Below are positions 1 through 8,304 of a DNA stretch of 41,785 nucleotides, one piece after another. The translations under genes were made by a program, and so were the position numbers. Source of the stretch: a plasmid; the sequence record NZ_CP090413.1; one strand, 5' to 3'. How positions within the stretch are numbered: the first letter of the stretch is position 1; each line of letters begins with the position of its first letter. The notes beneath the pieces were generated by a model. The model had not been told where the DNA came from. It did no database searches and was given only the letters and a program-made list of their open reading frames with translations.

Positions 1-1113
1 ATGACAAAATCAACAAATTTTAATTATTATGAAGCAGATAACGTATATGGAGCCTTATTTTTCCAGTTTCCTAAGGTATTAATGTATGGCGAGCAATACA
101 AGCATTTAAGCAGTGACGCTAAATTGGCTTATATGGTACTGAAAGACCGGCTAGAGTACTCTTTGCGCAACAACTGGGTTGATGAAGAAGGACACGTCTA
201 TTTTACTTTTACCAATCAAGAACTCGAAAATTTATTTAATTGCCATAATCAAAAAGTAGTCAAAATAAAAAAAGAACTCGAAACCGCTCATTTGCTGATG
301 CAAAAACAACTGGGCTTTAACCCAAAAACAAAAAAGAATGAACCGAATCGCTTATATCTGTCCAAGCTCGATGTGAAAGCAACCGATGTCTATTTACGCG
401 GTGAAGATAGCCCAAAAGTGTCTCAAACCCTTGATACAAGCGGAAATGTGAAAATCACACTTCCGCAGGAGACTGCTCAAACCCTTGATACAAGCGGAAA
501 TGTGAAAATCACACTTCCGCATAAGTCCGTTGATGAGACCGCTCAAACCCTTGATACAAGCGGAAATGTGAAAATCACACACAATCTATATAAAGACTAT
601 AAAAATAATATAGATACTAATAGATACGATATAGATACTCAAAAGTTGGACTTTTCCACAACTAATTTTTCACCAGCTGAAATCGAAGTCCAAAATCGAG
701 ATCTAGTAAAACATGCTGATGAATTCTTAACTGACGAAGACAATGGCTTACCAGTCTTCTTGGAACCAGAAGCAGTGCAACTACTTAGCTTTTGGTGCCG
801 TACCCCGCAACAAATGCGGCGCTTTATTGGTATTATCTTAAACGCCAAATATGCTGTTGAAAAAGAACATAAAGATTTAGGCGTATGGATTCTATTAGAT
901 GACCCTGATTTAAAAAAAATGATGACCAAGACATTAAGACGCTATTTTAATGCCCTAAGAAGCGACGAGAAACATATCAAGAATGTTGAGAACTACCTGT
1001 ACGGCACCATGCAAAACCTATTTGGTGTTTGGTGGAACCAACAAGCAGCTAGAGAATATGCAGCCAAACACCCCGAAGAACAGAATCTTGGTAGCGAGCG
1101 CGCTTGGAATTAA
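1..1113 (+). CDS. repA: Plasmid replication initiator, RepA_N family
   Basis: 370-aa ORF starting at the first base of the window. The N-terminal approximately 125 aa (MTKSTNFNYYEADNVYGALFFQFPKVLMY...YLSKLDV) matches the RepA_N initiator family of Gram-positive theta plasmids. RBS aaagggag lies at window end 41769-41776, 9 nt before the ATG at 1. The central region is tandemly repeated peptide, encoded by the DNA repeats at 421-580. Confidence 0.8.
   Translation: MTKSTNFNYYEADNVYGALFFQFPKVLMYGEQYKHLSSDAKLAYMVLKDRLEYSLRNNWVDEEGHVYFTFTNQELENLFNCHNQKVVKIKKELETAHLLMQKQLGFNPKTKKNEPNRLYLSKLDVKATDVYLRGEDSPKVSQTLDTSGNVKITLPQETAQTLDTSGNVKITLPHKSVDETAQTLDTSGNVKITHNLYKDYKNNIDTNRYDIDTQKLDFSTTNFSPAEIEVQNRDLVKHADEFLTDEDNGLPVFLEPEAVQLLSFWCRTPQQMRRFIGIILNAKYAVEKEHKDLGVWILLDDPDLKKMMTKTLRRYFNALRSDEKHIKNVENYLYGTMQNLFGVWWNQQAAREYAAKHPEEQNLGSERAWN
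421..580 (+). repeat. Three approximately 40-bp iteron-like direct repeats inside repA (candidate internal origin)
   Basis: (g/t)ctcaaacccttgatacaagcggaaatgtgaaaatcacac occurs at 421-460, 475-514 and 541-580, with spacing 54 and 66 bp. It encodes QTLDTSGNVKIT three times. RepA_N plasmids are known to carry their origin inside the rep coding sequence (established knowledge). Iteron function here is inference. Confidence 0.55.
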
Positions 1114-1150
1114 AAAGCCGTGTAAGCTCATTTGAGCCGTTTTAAGTGCT
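1089..1150. repeat. Direct repeat copy 1 (3' end of repA plus downstream, approximately 62 bp)
   Basis: ggtagcgagcgcgcttggaattaaaaagccgtgtaagctcatttgagccgttttaagtgct is about 85% identical to 2337-2398. Both copies end a reading frame with ...SERAWN*/...SERTWN*. Confidence 0.7.
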
Positions 1151-1263
1151 ACATGCATAATTATTAAAATCGCTTTAAAATCGCTTAGAAGCAAAAAAAT
1201 AGGCACCTTGAGTGGCTGAATTGGTGACGACTGAACTAAGGGAATGTGAAAGGAGCTTTTTAA

Positions 1264-1461
1264 ATGACCAAATCCAGCAAAGAGGTCGAAACAATTGAGC
1301 AATTGTTGGCTGACCCATGGGCAGTCGATATTCAAGCCCTTTGGGAGCAAGCAGCCCAAAATCGAGATCCTGATAAATGCAAGCTGTTTGATGCGTTACA
1401 CACTTACCTCTTAGATAAACGCCAAGAACAAATCATCAATGAAAAGCACTTTGTGATTTAA
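1264..1461 (+). CDS. Small conserved protein (65 aa), paralog of 2893-3087; putative antitoxin or partner of the downstream Fic/Doc-like gene
   Basis: RBS ggaatgtgaaaggag upstream. The C-terminal half (KCKLFDALHTYLLDKRQEQIINEKHFV) is clearly homologous to KRKVYDALYTYFLDKRQDEVIKRKDFV in the 2893-3087 product. It lies 50 nt upstream of the Fic/Doc-like gene. Confidence 0.5.
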   Translation: MTKSSKEVETIEQLLADPWAVDIQALWEQAAQNRDPDKCKLFDALHTYLLDKRQEQIINEKHFVI

Positions 1462-1511
1462 CATAGACAGTTCAAATAATCAGTGACTGAAATAAAAAGG
1501 AGGCACAAAAT

Positions 1512-2264
1512 ATGGCTAAGACACGAACATATATGGACAAGTATAGATTCACAACTGCGGAAAACCAACGGTTTGCTCGAGCAAATTTTACCAAGTTAGT
1601 GCATACTAATGCTCGCTTTGAAGGCGTTAATACCACATTGCCACAAACACAAACTATTATGGACGGTATGAGCGTAGCAGGAGTACCTGTTGAAGATGTT
1701 TTGACGATTGTTAATTTAAAGCGTGGGTGGCAATATATCACTACTCAAAATTCCCCTTTAACGTTAACCATGGAAAAACAAATCAACAAAATTGTGGCAG
1801 CAGAAGACGCCTTAGTACCAGGAGAATTACGGCAAGGGAAAGGGGGAGTTAATTTAGGTAGTGAAGACTTTTTTGAGCCGCCTTTAATTAACGAAAAACA
1901 AGAACAATCCTTTTTACAAAAAATCTTGGCTGATCCACAAATGACGACAACTGATAAAGCATTGACTGTCATGTATCATAATATGCGCCAACAAATCTTT
2001 TGGGACGGAAACAAAAGGACGGCAACTTTAAGTGCCAATAAAATTATGATTGACGGTGGCGCTGGTTTGATTAATATCCCATTAGATAAGTGGGATCAAT
2101 GGAACGAACTAATTGCCAATTATTATCGGACTAATGACATGACTAAAGTTAAAAAGTGGACATATGATAATGGTATTCAAGGATTACAAATTCGAGCAAA
2201 CAAAGAATTAAGTGCTAATGAATTGAACCAGATGTACAAGCAACTAAAAAAACGGATGAATTAG
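1512..2264 (+). CDS. Fic/Doc family protein with non-canonical active-site motif
   Basis: Strong RBS aaaaaggagg. Contains TNARFEGVNTTL (Fic-type helix resembling the S/TxxxEG/N inhibitory motif, spacing off by one). The core reads ...MYHNMRQQIFWDGNKRTATLSANKIM, i.e. a Doc-like FxDGNKRTA motif in which the usual His two residues before F is Gln. Confidence 0.6.
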   Translation: MAKTRTYMDKYRFTTAENQRFARANFTKLVHTNARFEGVNTTLPQTQTIMDGMSVAGVPVEDVLTIVNLKRGWQYITTQNSPLTLTMEKQINKIVAAEDALVPGELRQGKGGVNLGSEDFFEPPLINEKQEQSFLQKILADPQMTTTDKALTVMYHNMRQQIFWDGNKRTATLSANKIMIDGGAGLINIPLDKWDQWNELIANYYRTNDMTKVKKWTYDNGIQGLQIRANKELSANELNQMYKQLKKRMN

Positions 2265-2336
2265 TTGAAGACGAGATTAGTAAAAGAACCCAAAACCAGC
2301 TCAAAGACTTTGCTAAAAACAATCTATCGGAATGTT

Positions 2337-2398
2337 GATAGCGAGCGCACTTGGAATTAAAACACCGTATAAGCTCATTTAAGCCACTTTAAGCCAAA
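2337..2398. repeat. Direct repeat copy 2 (relic of a second rep 3' end)
   Basis: gatagcgagcgcacttggaattaaaacaccgtataagctcatttaagccactttaagccaa. The frame upstream reads ...LLKTIYRNVDSERTWN*, which mimics the RepA C-terminus EQNLGSERAWN*. Confidence 0.7.
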
Positions 2399-2573
2399 TT
2401 GGCATAAATTATACTAGATTGTATTTTTGATTCGTCTCTGAACGCTTTAGAGGCCAAATATTAGATGCTATTGATAAAAGGGCAGCTAACATGCAGCTTT
2501 CGAAAATCTATACAATTGAACCAATACTCAAAAGGTAGTATAATGGTAGTAGTTAAGAGAGAGTGAGACAATC

Positions 2574-2855
2574 ATGGCAGTTAAGGAAAAGAAACGGGTC
2601 CAAGTCAAAATTGATAAAGACTTGGCTGATAATACGGAAGCAGTTTTAAACGAGTTGGGTCTAAATCCAACCACAGCGATTAACATGTTTTATAAGCGGA
2701 TCGTAGCGGAAGCAGCGTTACCGTTTAAACCAGCTCTGAGCGAAGCGGAAAGAGCTAATTTAGGTCTTTTAAAAGCTACTAAGGAGACACCAGTAACAGA
2801 GTTAAAAGACGCTAAAGAAGTTGCTGATTGGCTCAATGATCCAGATGAAGATTAA
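2574..2855 (+). CDS. RelB/DinJ-family ribbon-helix-helix antitoxin-like protein
   Basis: Promoter ttgaac-17-tataat at about 2516-2545, RBS agagagtgag. LNELGLNPTTAINMFYKRIVAEAALPF is typical of the DinJ/RelB N-terminal RHH. No RelE/YafQ gene follows; instead a small protein plus a zeta-like gene. Confidence 0.65.
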   Translation: MAVKEKKRVQVKIDKDLADNTEAVLNELGLNPTTAINMFYKRIVAEAALPFKPALSEAERANLGLLKATKETPVTELKDAKEVADWLNDPDED

Positions 2856-2892
2856 TAGCTTATTAGATTAAATAAATTAATAACTTGGGAGT

Positions 2893-3087
2893 GTGATTAA
2901 CATGAAAGATACAATTACAATTAATGACTTTTTTGAAATCGCCAAACAAACTGATTTGAAAGATTTACTTGATAAATCATTACATGAGCCAGATCCAGAA
3001 AAGCGTAAAGTATATGATGCTTTGTATACCTACTTTTTAGATAAAAGGCAAGATGAGGTTATTAAGCGAAAGGACTTTGTCCGTTGA
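2893..3087 (+). CDS. Small conserved protein (64 aa), paralog of 1264-1461; putative epsilon-like antitoxin coupled to the zeta-like gene
   Basis: RBS gggagtg. Its stop overlaps the TTG start of the next ORF (TTGA at 3084-3087), a translational-coupling arrangement typical of TA pairs. Confidence 0.5.
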   Translation: MINMKDTITINDFFEIAKQTDLKDLLDKSLHEPDPEKRKVYDALYTYFLDKRQDEVIKRKDFVR

Positions 3088-3764
3088 TAGATAAACCCCA
3101 ATATATTATTGTTGCTGGTATTAACGGAGCAGGTAAGAGTACGCTGTACGATACATTTCCCATATTGTTTGATAAAACAAAACGGATTAATGCTGATGAG
3201 ATTTTACGACAAATGGGTGGCGATTGGCATAAAGACAGCGATAATTTAAAAGCCATGCGTGAAGAAATAAAGTAACTACACTATTCCTTAGATAACCGAC
3301 AAAGTATTCATGTAGAAACAACACTTGCTGGAAGAGGTAAGGCTCAACTAAATTTGATTGATAAGGCGCATGAAAATGGCTTTGAAGTGACTTTATTGTA
3401 TGTTGCCCTACGAGATGAAAATTTAGCTATTAAGAGAGTAGAGGATCGGGTACAAAAGGGTGGACATGGTGTGCCATCAGAAATAATCAAAAAACGTTAC
3501 CGGCAATCAAATCATAATTTATCAGCGGTTGCGTTTAAAAGTGACAATGTTTTTATTTATGATAATAGTGAAAAATTTGTTACTGTTTATAAAAGAGAAA
3601 AAGGGCAAATAATCAAGAATGATTTAAGCCATTTCCCTTGGATAAATCAAAATATTAATTGTTCAGAAAAGGTGCAAAATCAGTTAAAAAATTTTGTAGA
3701 TCATAACCCAGAAGTTAAGCTAAAAAATAATCCTGAAAACAAAAACGATCGGCCTAGTTATTAG
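3084..3764 (+). pseudogene. Zeta-toxin family P-loop kinase, interrupted by a single in-frame TAA (3273-3275)
   Basis: ORFs 3084-3275 and 3354-3764 are in the same frame (both start positions divisible by 3). Walker A IIVAGINGAGKST lies in the first part. After the TAA the frame continues LHYSLDNRQSIHVETTLAGRGKAQ...HGVPSEIIKKRYRQ, typical of the zeta/AAA-kinase family. Either a nonsense pseudogene or a sequencing error. Confidence 0.6.
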
Positions 3765-4032
3765 GTTGATCGTTTTTGAATTTGTTCGGTTTATGCGCAT
3801 TAACGTAATTAGCAAATATTTTTAAAAGTTCTTCGGTTTGTTCGACTGATAAGTTATCAGCCTGAAAGTATTTTTCGAGTAAGGCTCCTTTTTGAATTAG
3901 TCGGCGAGAACGGGCTTTACGGGCTTGCCGATTTTCATAGTATTTAGATTGCCGTAATTTAAAATCTTCCCGCTCAATTTTTTGTTTTAAACGCGCTTGC
4001 TGTTTAACTAATTTTTCATATTGATTAGGCAT
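3754..4032 (-). CDS. Small coiled-coil protein (DUF3847-like, mobilization-associated); tandem paralog of 4055-4264
   Basis: 92 aa, K/Q/E-rich coiled coil followed by L..LS.EQ..LL pattern, shared with the neighbouring gene. Transcribed divergently from the relaxase region. Confidence 0.4.
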   Translation of the reverse strand: MPNQYEKLVKQQARLKQKIEREDFKLRQSKYYENRQARKARSRRLIQKGALLEKYFQADNLSVEQTEELLKIFANYVNAHKPNKFKNDQPNN

Positions 4033-4054
4033 GGAATTTACTCATCTCTTATGA

Positions 4055-4264
4055 TTAATGATCTACTGTCTTTTCCTTTAAAAATTCAGAAAATTGCTTA
4101 GCTAAAAGCTTAATCTGGTCATTAGATAAATTAGTATACTCTAAATTAGCTTGGCTGATAATCTGTTTACCTAGCCGTTGTTCAATTTTATATTTTTCTT
4201 CTTTAATTTTTTGGTTAAGCTGTTTTAATTTAGCTTCTTGTTTTTCTAAGTTACTTTGAGACAT
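4055..4264 (-). CDS. Small coiled-coil protein (MobC/DUF3847-like accessory), start at MSQSNLEK
   Basis: Internal Met (codon 23 of the 91-aa track ORF) has RBS ggaga 8 nt upstream. Paralogous to 3754-4032. Adjacent to the oriT-like region and divergent from mobA. Confidence 0.4.
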   Translation of the reverse strand: MSQSNLEKQEAKLKQLNQKIKEEKYKIEQRLGKQIISQANLEYTNLSNDQIKLLAKQFSEFLKEKTVDH

Positions 4265-4426
4265 GAGGATTTCTCCAATCGTTTTACAAATAATCACGGT
4301 CACTATATCATAATGTAAACGCAAAGTCAAAGTATAAAAGTTGAAAAAGCGAAGCGGAAGATCTAAACTAAATGGAGAGTTTAGGTTATCAGCAGACTGA
4401 GTGAAACGAGGTCAATGCGCACTTAC

Positions 4427-4460
4427 ACATAGAATAAATTCTATGTTGTGCTAACCCCCA
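4427..4460 (+). other. Putative oriT (inverted repeat plus nick region)
   Basis: acatagaat-aa-attctatgt is a perfect 9-bp inverted repeat at 4427-4446, followed by tgtgctaaccccc. It lies about 75 bp upstream of the relaxase gene, the usual place for MOBQ oriT. Confidence 0.4.
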
Positions 4461-4525
4461 AAATCCTGTATTAGAAGTCGCCGATGGCGACAACAAAGTC
4501 AAGCTCATAGAATCAAAGCAAAGAG

Positions 4526-6595
4526 GTGACTAACATGGCAATTTTTCATATGAGTTTTAGTAATATTAGTGCTGGAAAAGGACGAAGTGCAATTGCCAGT
4601 GCCGCTTATCGAAGCGGTGAAAAATTATTTGATGATAAGGAAGGACGCCACTACTTTTATGCCCGCGCGGTTATGCCAGAAAGCTTTATTTTAACCCCAA
4701 AAAACGCACCAGAATGGGCCAGTAATCGAGAACAATTATGGAATGAAGTTGAAAAGAAAGATCGTAAATCAAACTCACGGTATGCAAAAGAATTTAACGT
4801 GGCTTTACCGGTAGAATTAAGTGAATCCGAACAGAAAGAATTACTGACAAAATATGTGCAAGAAAATTTTGTCGATCAAGGCATGGTAGCTGACGTAGCA
4901 ATTCATCGTGATCACCAAGATAATCCGCACGCACATGTGATGTTAACGAACCGACCATTTAACCCCGATGGTAGTTGGGGATTAAAAGCAAAGACGCAGT
5001 ACATTAAAGATGAAAATGGCAAGCAACTTTTAACCAAAAGTGGGTTTCCAAAACAAAGAAAAATTTGGTTGGTTGATTGGGATAAAAAGGAAAAAATTAA
5101 TGAGTGGCGAAAAAATTGGGCGTTGAGTGTTAATCAGTTCTTAGCACAAAAAAATATTCCGGATCGGATTAGTGAAAAATCGTTTGTGGAACAGGGAATA
5201 GCTGATACACCAATGCAACACGAGGGAATCAATAGTAAACGGCATGAAAGAAAGGCATTTAATCAACAAGTTAAGACCTATCGTAAGTCCAAAGCTGGCT
5301 ATAAAAATATGCAGGAAAAAGTAATTAATCGAGGTCATTTAGATAGCCTAAGTAAACACTTCTCATTTAATGAAAAAAGGTTGGTAAATGAGTTAAGTCA
5401 TGAACTGAAAACTTATATCAGTCTGGAGAGTTTAGATGATAAACGGCGTCTGCTATTTAATTGGAAAAACAGTACCTTAATTAAGCACGCTATTGGTGAA
5501 GATGTCACTAAGCAATTATTGACGATTAACCAACAAGAAAGTTCACTAAAAAAAGCAGATGAACTCTTAAATAAAGTAGTTGATCGCACGACTAAAAAAC
5601 TTTATCCAAAGCTTGATTTTGAACAGATAACCGCGGCTGAACGACGGGAATTGATTAAAGAAACTAATAGTGAACAAACGATTTTCAAAGGCAGTGAATT
5701 AAACGAACGTTTAATGAATATTCGTGATGATTTATTGACCCGACAATTATTGACCTTTACCAAACGGCCATACGTTGGTTGGAAGTTATTAATGCAACAA
5801 GAAAAGGAAGTCAGAATCAAGCTTAAATATACGCTGATGATTCATGATGATAGCTTAGAAAGTCTAGAACACGTTGATCAAGGTCTACTAGAAAAGTATT
5901 CACCAACCGAGCAGCAAAAGATTACTCGAGCAGTCAAAGATTTACGAACAATCATGGCTGTGAAGCAAGTTATTCAAACCCAATACCAGGAAGTTTTAAG
6001 AAGAGCCTTTCCTAACGGCGATTTTAATGAATTACCAATGATTAAACAGGAACAGGCCTATACAGCAGTGATGTACTATGATCCAGCTTTAAAACCGTGC
6101 AAGATTGAAACAATCGCACAATGGCGGGAAAATCCACCGAGGGTATTCAATACTCAGGAACATCAACAAGGACTAGCTTATCTATCGGGACAGCTGAGCT
6201 TAGATCAGTTAGATAATCACCATTTACAACGGGTTTTAAAGCATGACGGTACTAAACAACTCTTTTTGGGTGAATGCAAAGCCGATCCAATGATTAAGAA
6301 CAGTCAGATCGAGAAAATCCAAAAGCAGTTAAAAGAGCAACAAGCCAAGGACGACCAGTATAGAAAAGTAAATATGGGACATTATCAACCGCTAAATTAC
6401 AAGCCAGTTAGTCCAAGCTACTACTTAAAGACAGCCTTTAGTAACGCAATCATGACTGCCCTATATGCCCGTGATGAAGATTACGAACGACAAAAACAGA
6501 CACACGGCTTAAAAGAGACTGAGTGGGCAATGACGAAAAAGCAGCGGCAACACCAAACCCATAATCGGCATGAAGATGGGGGTATGCACTTGTAA
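4526..6595 (+). CDS. mobA: MobA/MobL (MOBQ) relaxase
   Basis: N-terminal relaxase domain with [31 protein letters not shown] (catalytic Tyr region) and the HxDxxNPHAHVM histidine triad ([18 protein letters not shown]). The likely true start is ATG at 4535 (MAIFHM) after ggtgac. The long C-terminal region has low similarity. Confidence 0.8.
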   Translation: MTNMAIFHMSFSNISAGKGRSAIASAAYRSGEKLFDDKEGRHYFYARAVMPESFILTPKNAPEWASNREQLWNEVEKKDRKSNSRYAKEFNVALPVELSESEQKELLTKYVQENFVDQGMVADVAIHRDHQDNPHAHVMLTNRPFNPDGSWGLKAKTQYIKDENGKQLLTKSGFPKQRKIWLVDWDKKEKINEWRKNWALSVNQFLAQKNIPDRISEKSFVEQGIADTPMQHEGINSKRHERKAFNQQVKTYRKSKAGYKNMQEKVINRGHLDSLSKHFSFNEKRLVNELSHELKTYISLESLDDKRRLLFNWKNSTLIKHAIGEDVTKQLLTINQQESSLKKADELLNKVVDRTTKKLYPKLDFEQITAAERRELIKETNSEQTIFKGSELNERLMNIRDDLLTRQLLTFTKRPYVGWKLLMQQEKEVRIKLKYTLMIHDDSLESLEHVDQGLLEKYSPTEQQKITRAVKDLRTIMAVKQVIQTQYQEVLRRAFPNGDFNELPMIKQEQAYTAVMYYDPALKPCKIETIAQWRENPPRVFNTQEHQQGLAYLSGQLSLDQLDNHHLQRVLKHDGTKQLFLGECKADPMIKNSQIEKIQKQLKEQQAKDDQYRKVNMGHYQPLNYKPVSPSYYLKTAFSNAIMTALYARDEDYERQKQTHGLKETEWAMTKKQRQHQTHNRHEDGGMHL

Positions 6596-6852
6596 TTTAA
6601 ATGTAAAATAAAAAAGCTATCAGCCTGAGCGCTTAATCAGTCATATCAAAGCTTGCAACAACAAGTTCAACAAGCAAGGAACCCACAACAAAAATCAGAA
6701 CTAAAAAGTAAACTAAATGATATACACCATGAAATCAGTAATCGAACACAAAAACAGTTGCAAGCATTTACTGAAGAAAATCCATCAATCAAACAACCCA
6801 AATCCGAACCCGATCAAAGTTTAAAGCGTTAGCCAGTTTTTAAAGGTTATGC

Positions 6853-6992
6853 TATAATATAAACAGAAAAAGGAAGTCCCGCCGAAAACAGGACTTCCCG
6901 CGCAAGCCGCTTCAAAGGCGGTGGCATTAGTTAACTAAACGATAATGTCGTCTCGTAACTCGCCAAAGTTATGATCGGGGCGGCTTTTTTAT
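6853..6992 (+). ncRNA. Candidate small transcript or regulatory RNA between mobA and an IS copy
   Basis: TATAAT at 6853-6858, hairpin ggaagtcc(N10)ggacttcc at 6873-6898, further GC stems, and a terminal gatcggggcggctttttt at 6972-6990. No convincing ORF. Speculative. Confidence 0.2.
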
Positions 6993-7146
6993 TTGTGGTG
7001 CTTGTCGATATAGCTGAGTAGCGCGATTAAAAACGTGCCAAACAGCAACATCAACGAGAGTGTCTGGAAGACGCTCATTGACTGTGAAACCTTCCTGAAG
7101 ATTATTCCATGTTCCCATGGGCCTCACCTCGCAAGGAAAAAGACAG

Positions 7147-8063
7147 GTCAAGTCCAAAATGTTGGTGTAAATTAAATTCCGCGAATTTATCATTTCACAA
7201 GCTTAAGCTTACCGGCTTCTTCTGAGTCGGCATCTTTTTCAATCCCGTGGTAAACGGTCATGTTTAAGTATCGTGGACCATCAGCCCATTTTTCATTCTG
7301 TTCAATCAGTAGTGCCCCATTAGTCGCAAGACACTTAGATCATTCGGGAATATCCGGATCACACGGTCACGACGCCGGATTTCTTGATTAACCTGCTATC
7401 AAAACCGAGCACTTCTCGACGACCGCTAGGGTCGATTCCAATCGCAACGAGTAAGCTATTACTCGTCACAACATGACCATGGTGAACCTTAAATAAAGTT
7501 GCGTCGGCATACGCAAAAGCATACCCTTGCGTAAGGGGACATCGGTTAAAGTCCAGCACTTGGTCGTCCAAATTACTGCATAAAGCCGAGACCGTACTTT
7601 TAGAAAAGGTTGTCCCACATAACTTCTTAGTAATCTCAGCTACTTTACGAGTTGAAACACCTTGGATTACCATTTCCATTAATGCTAAATCAAAAGCCTG
7701 TTCACTACGCTGATAGTGTTTGAACAGTTGCGTTGAAAAATTACCATGATGGAGTTTAGGAACGTGTAGTTAAAGTGTCCCTACTCGTGTGGTAAGCTGA
7801 CAAACTCGATAACCATTCCGTGAATTGGTACGTTCATCCGAACGTTCATAAGCCCTAGCTTTAATCTGCTCAGTCGCTTCGGACTTAAGAATTTCATCAA
7901 GAATCTTGGCCATAATTGATTGCATGGCCTTATCCCGATCACCTAGTAATAGTTCCTTTAATTCGTCATCTTCTAAATTTAATTCAACCTTTGGCATAAT
8001 GAAGTTCCTTTCAGATTTCACAAAGTCCTATTTAGAATTTACACCAATTATACGGACATAACT
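7147..8063 (-). mobile_element. Internally deleted IS256-family element, copy A (approximately 917 bp)
   Basis: Ends ggtcaagtccaaaatgttggtgtaaatt (7147) and ggttatgtccgtataattggtgtaaatt (reverse complement at 8063) are imperfect inverted repeats. Identical to 38162-39080 in opposite orientation. Only the N-terminal third of the transposase remains. Confidence 0.7.
7359..8021 (-). pseudogene. IS256-family transposase remnant (N-terminal approximately 190 aa, in-frame TAA, DDE domain deleted)
   Basis: MKSERNF...NGYRVCQLTTRVGTL* then, same frame, LHVPKLHHGNFSTQLFKRYQRSEQAF...MEMVIQGVSTRKV... Aligns to IS256 Tnp RVGTLELKVPR...FERYQR with the stop replacing Glu. Confidence 0.75.
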
Positions 8064-8304
8064 ACTTATAAACATATAATACGAGAGGAATTAAACAAGA
8101 AGTTTTCTTTTATGAAGTGTTGCTAAAAATTAGACCGAAATCTAATTTTGGGCAGTCACTACATTGAGGAAAGCTTTTTTGCATTATTTCAGTTGCAAAA
8201 TTCATCATCTTATCAGCTGAATTTAGCCACTTGTCGACATTAACAACCATTGTTCACAGATATTTGCTAAGCTACGATTAAGCAATTAAGAGGAGAGTGA
8301 GCAG

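Noticed and set aside
394-582. Minus-strand 62-aa ORF with repeated CDFHISACIKGL
   Set aside because: An artefact of the three 40-bp iteron repeats inside repA read on the opposite strand.
6969-7193. 74-aa minus-strand ORF
   Set aside because: Spans the junction between the split 76-bp target sequence and the IS end, so it is a chimeric frame with no biological meaning.
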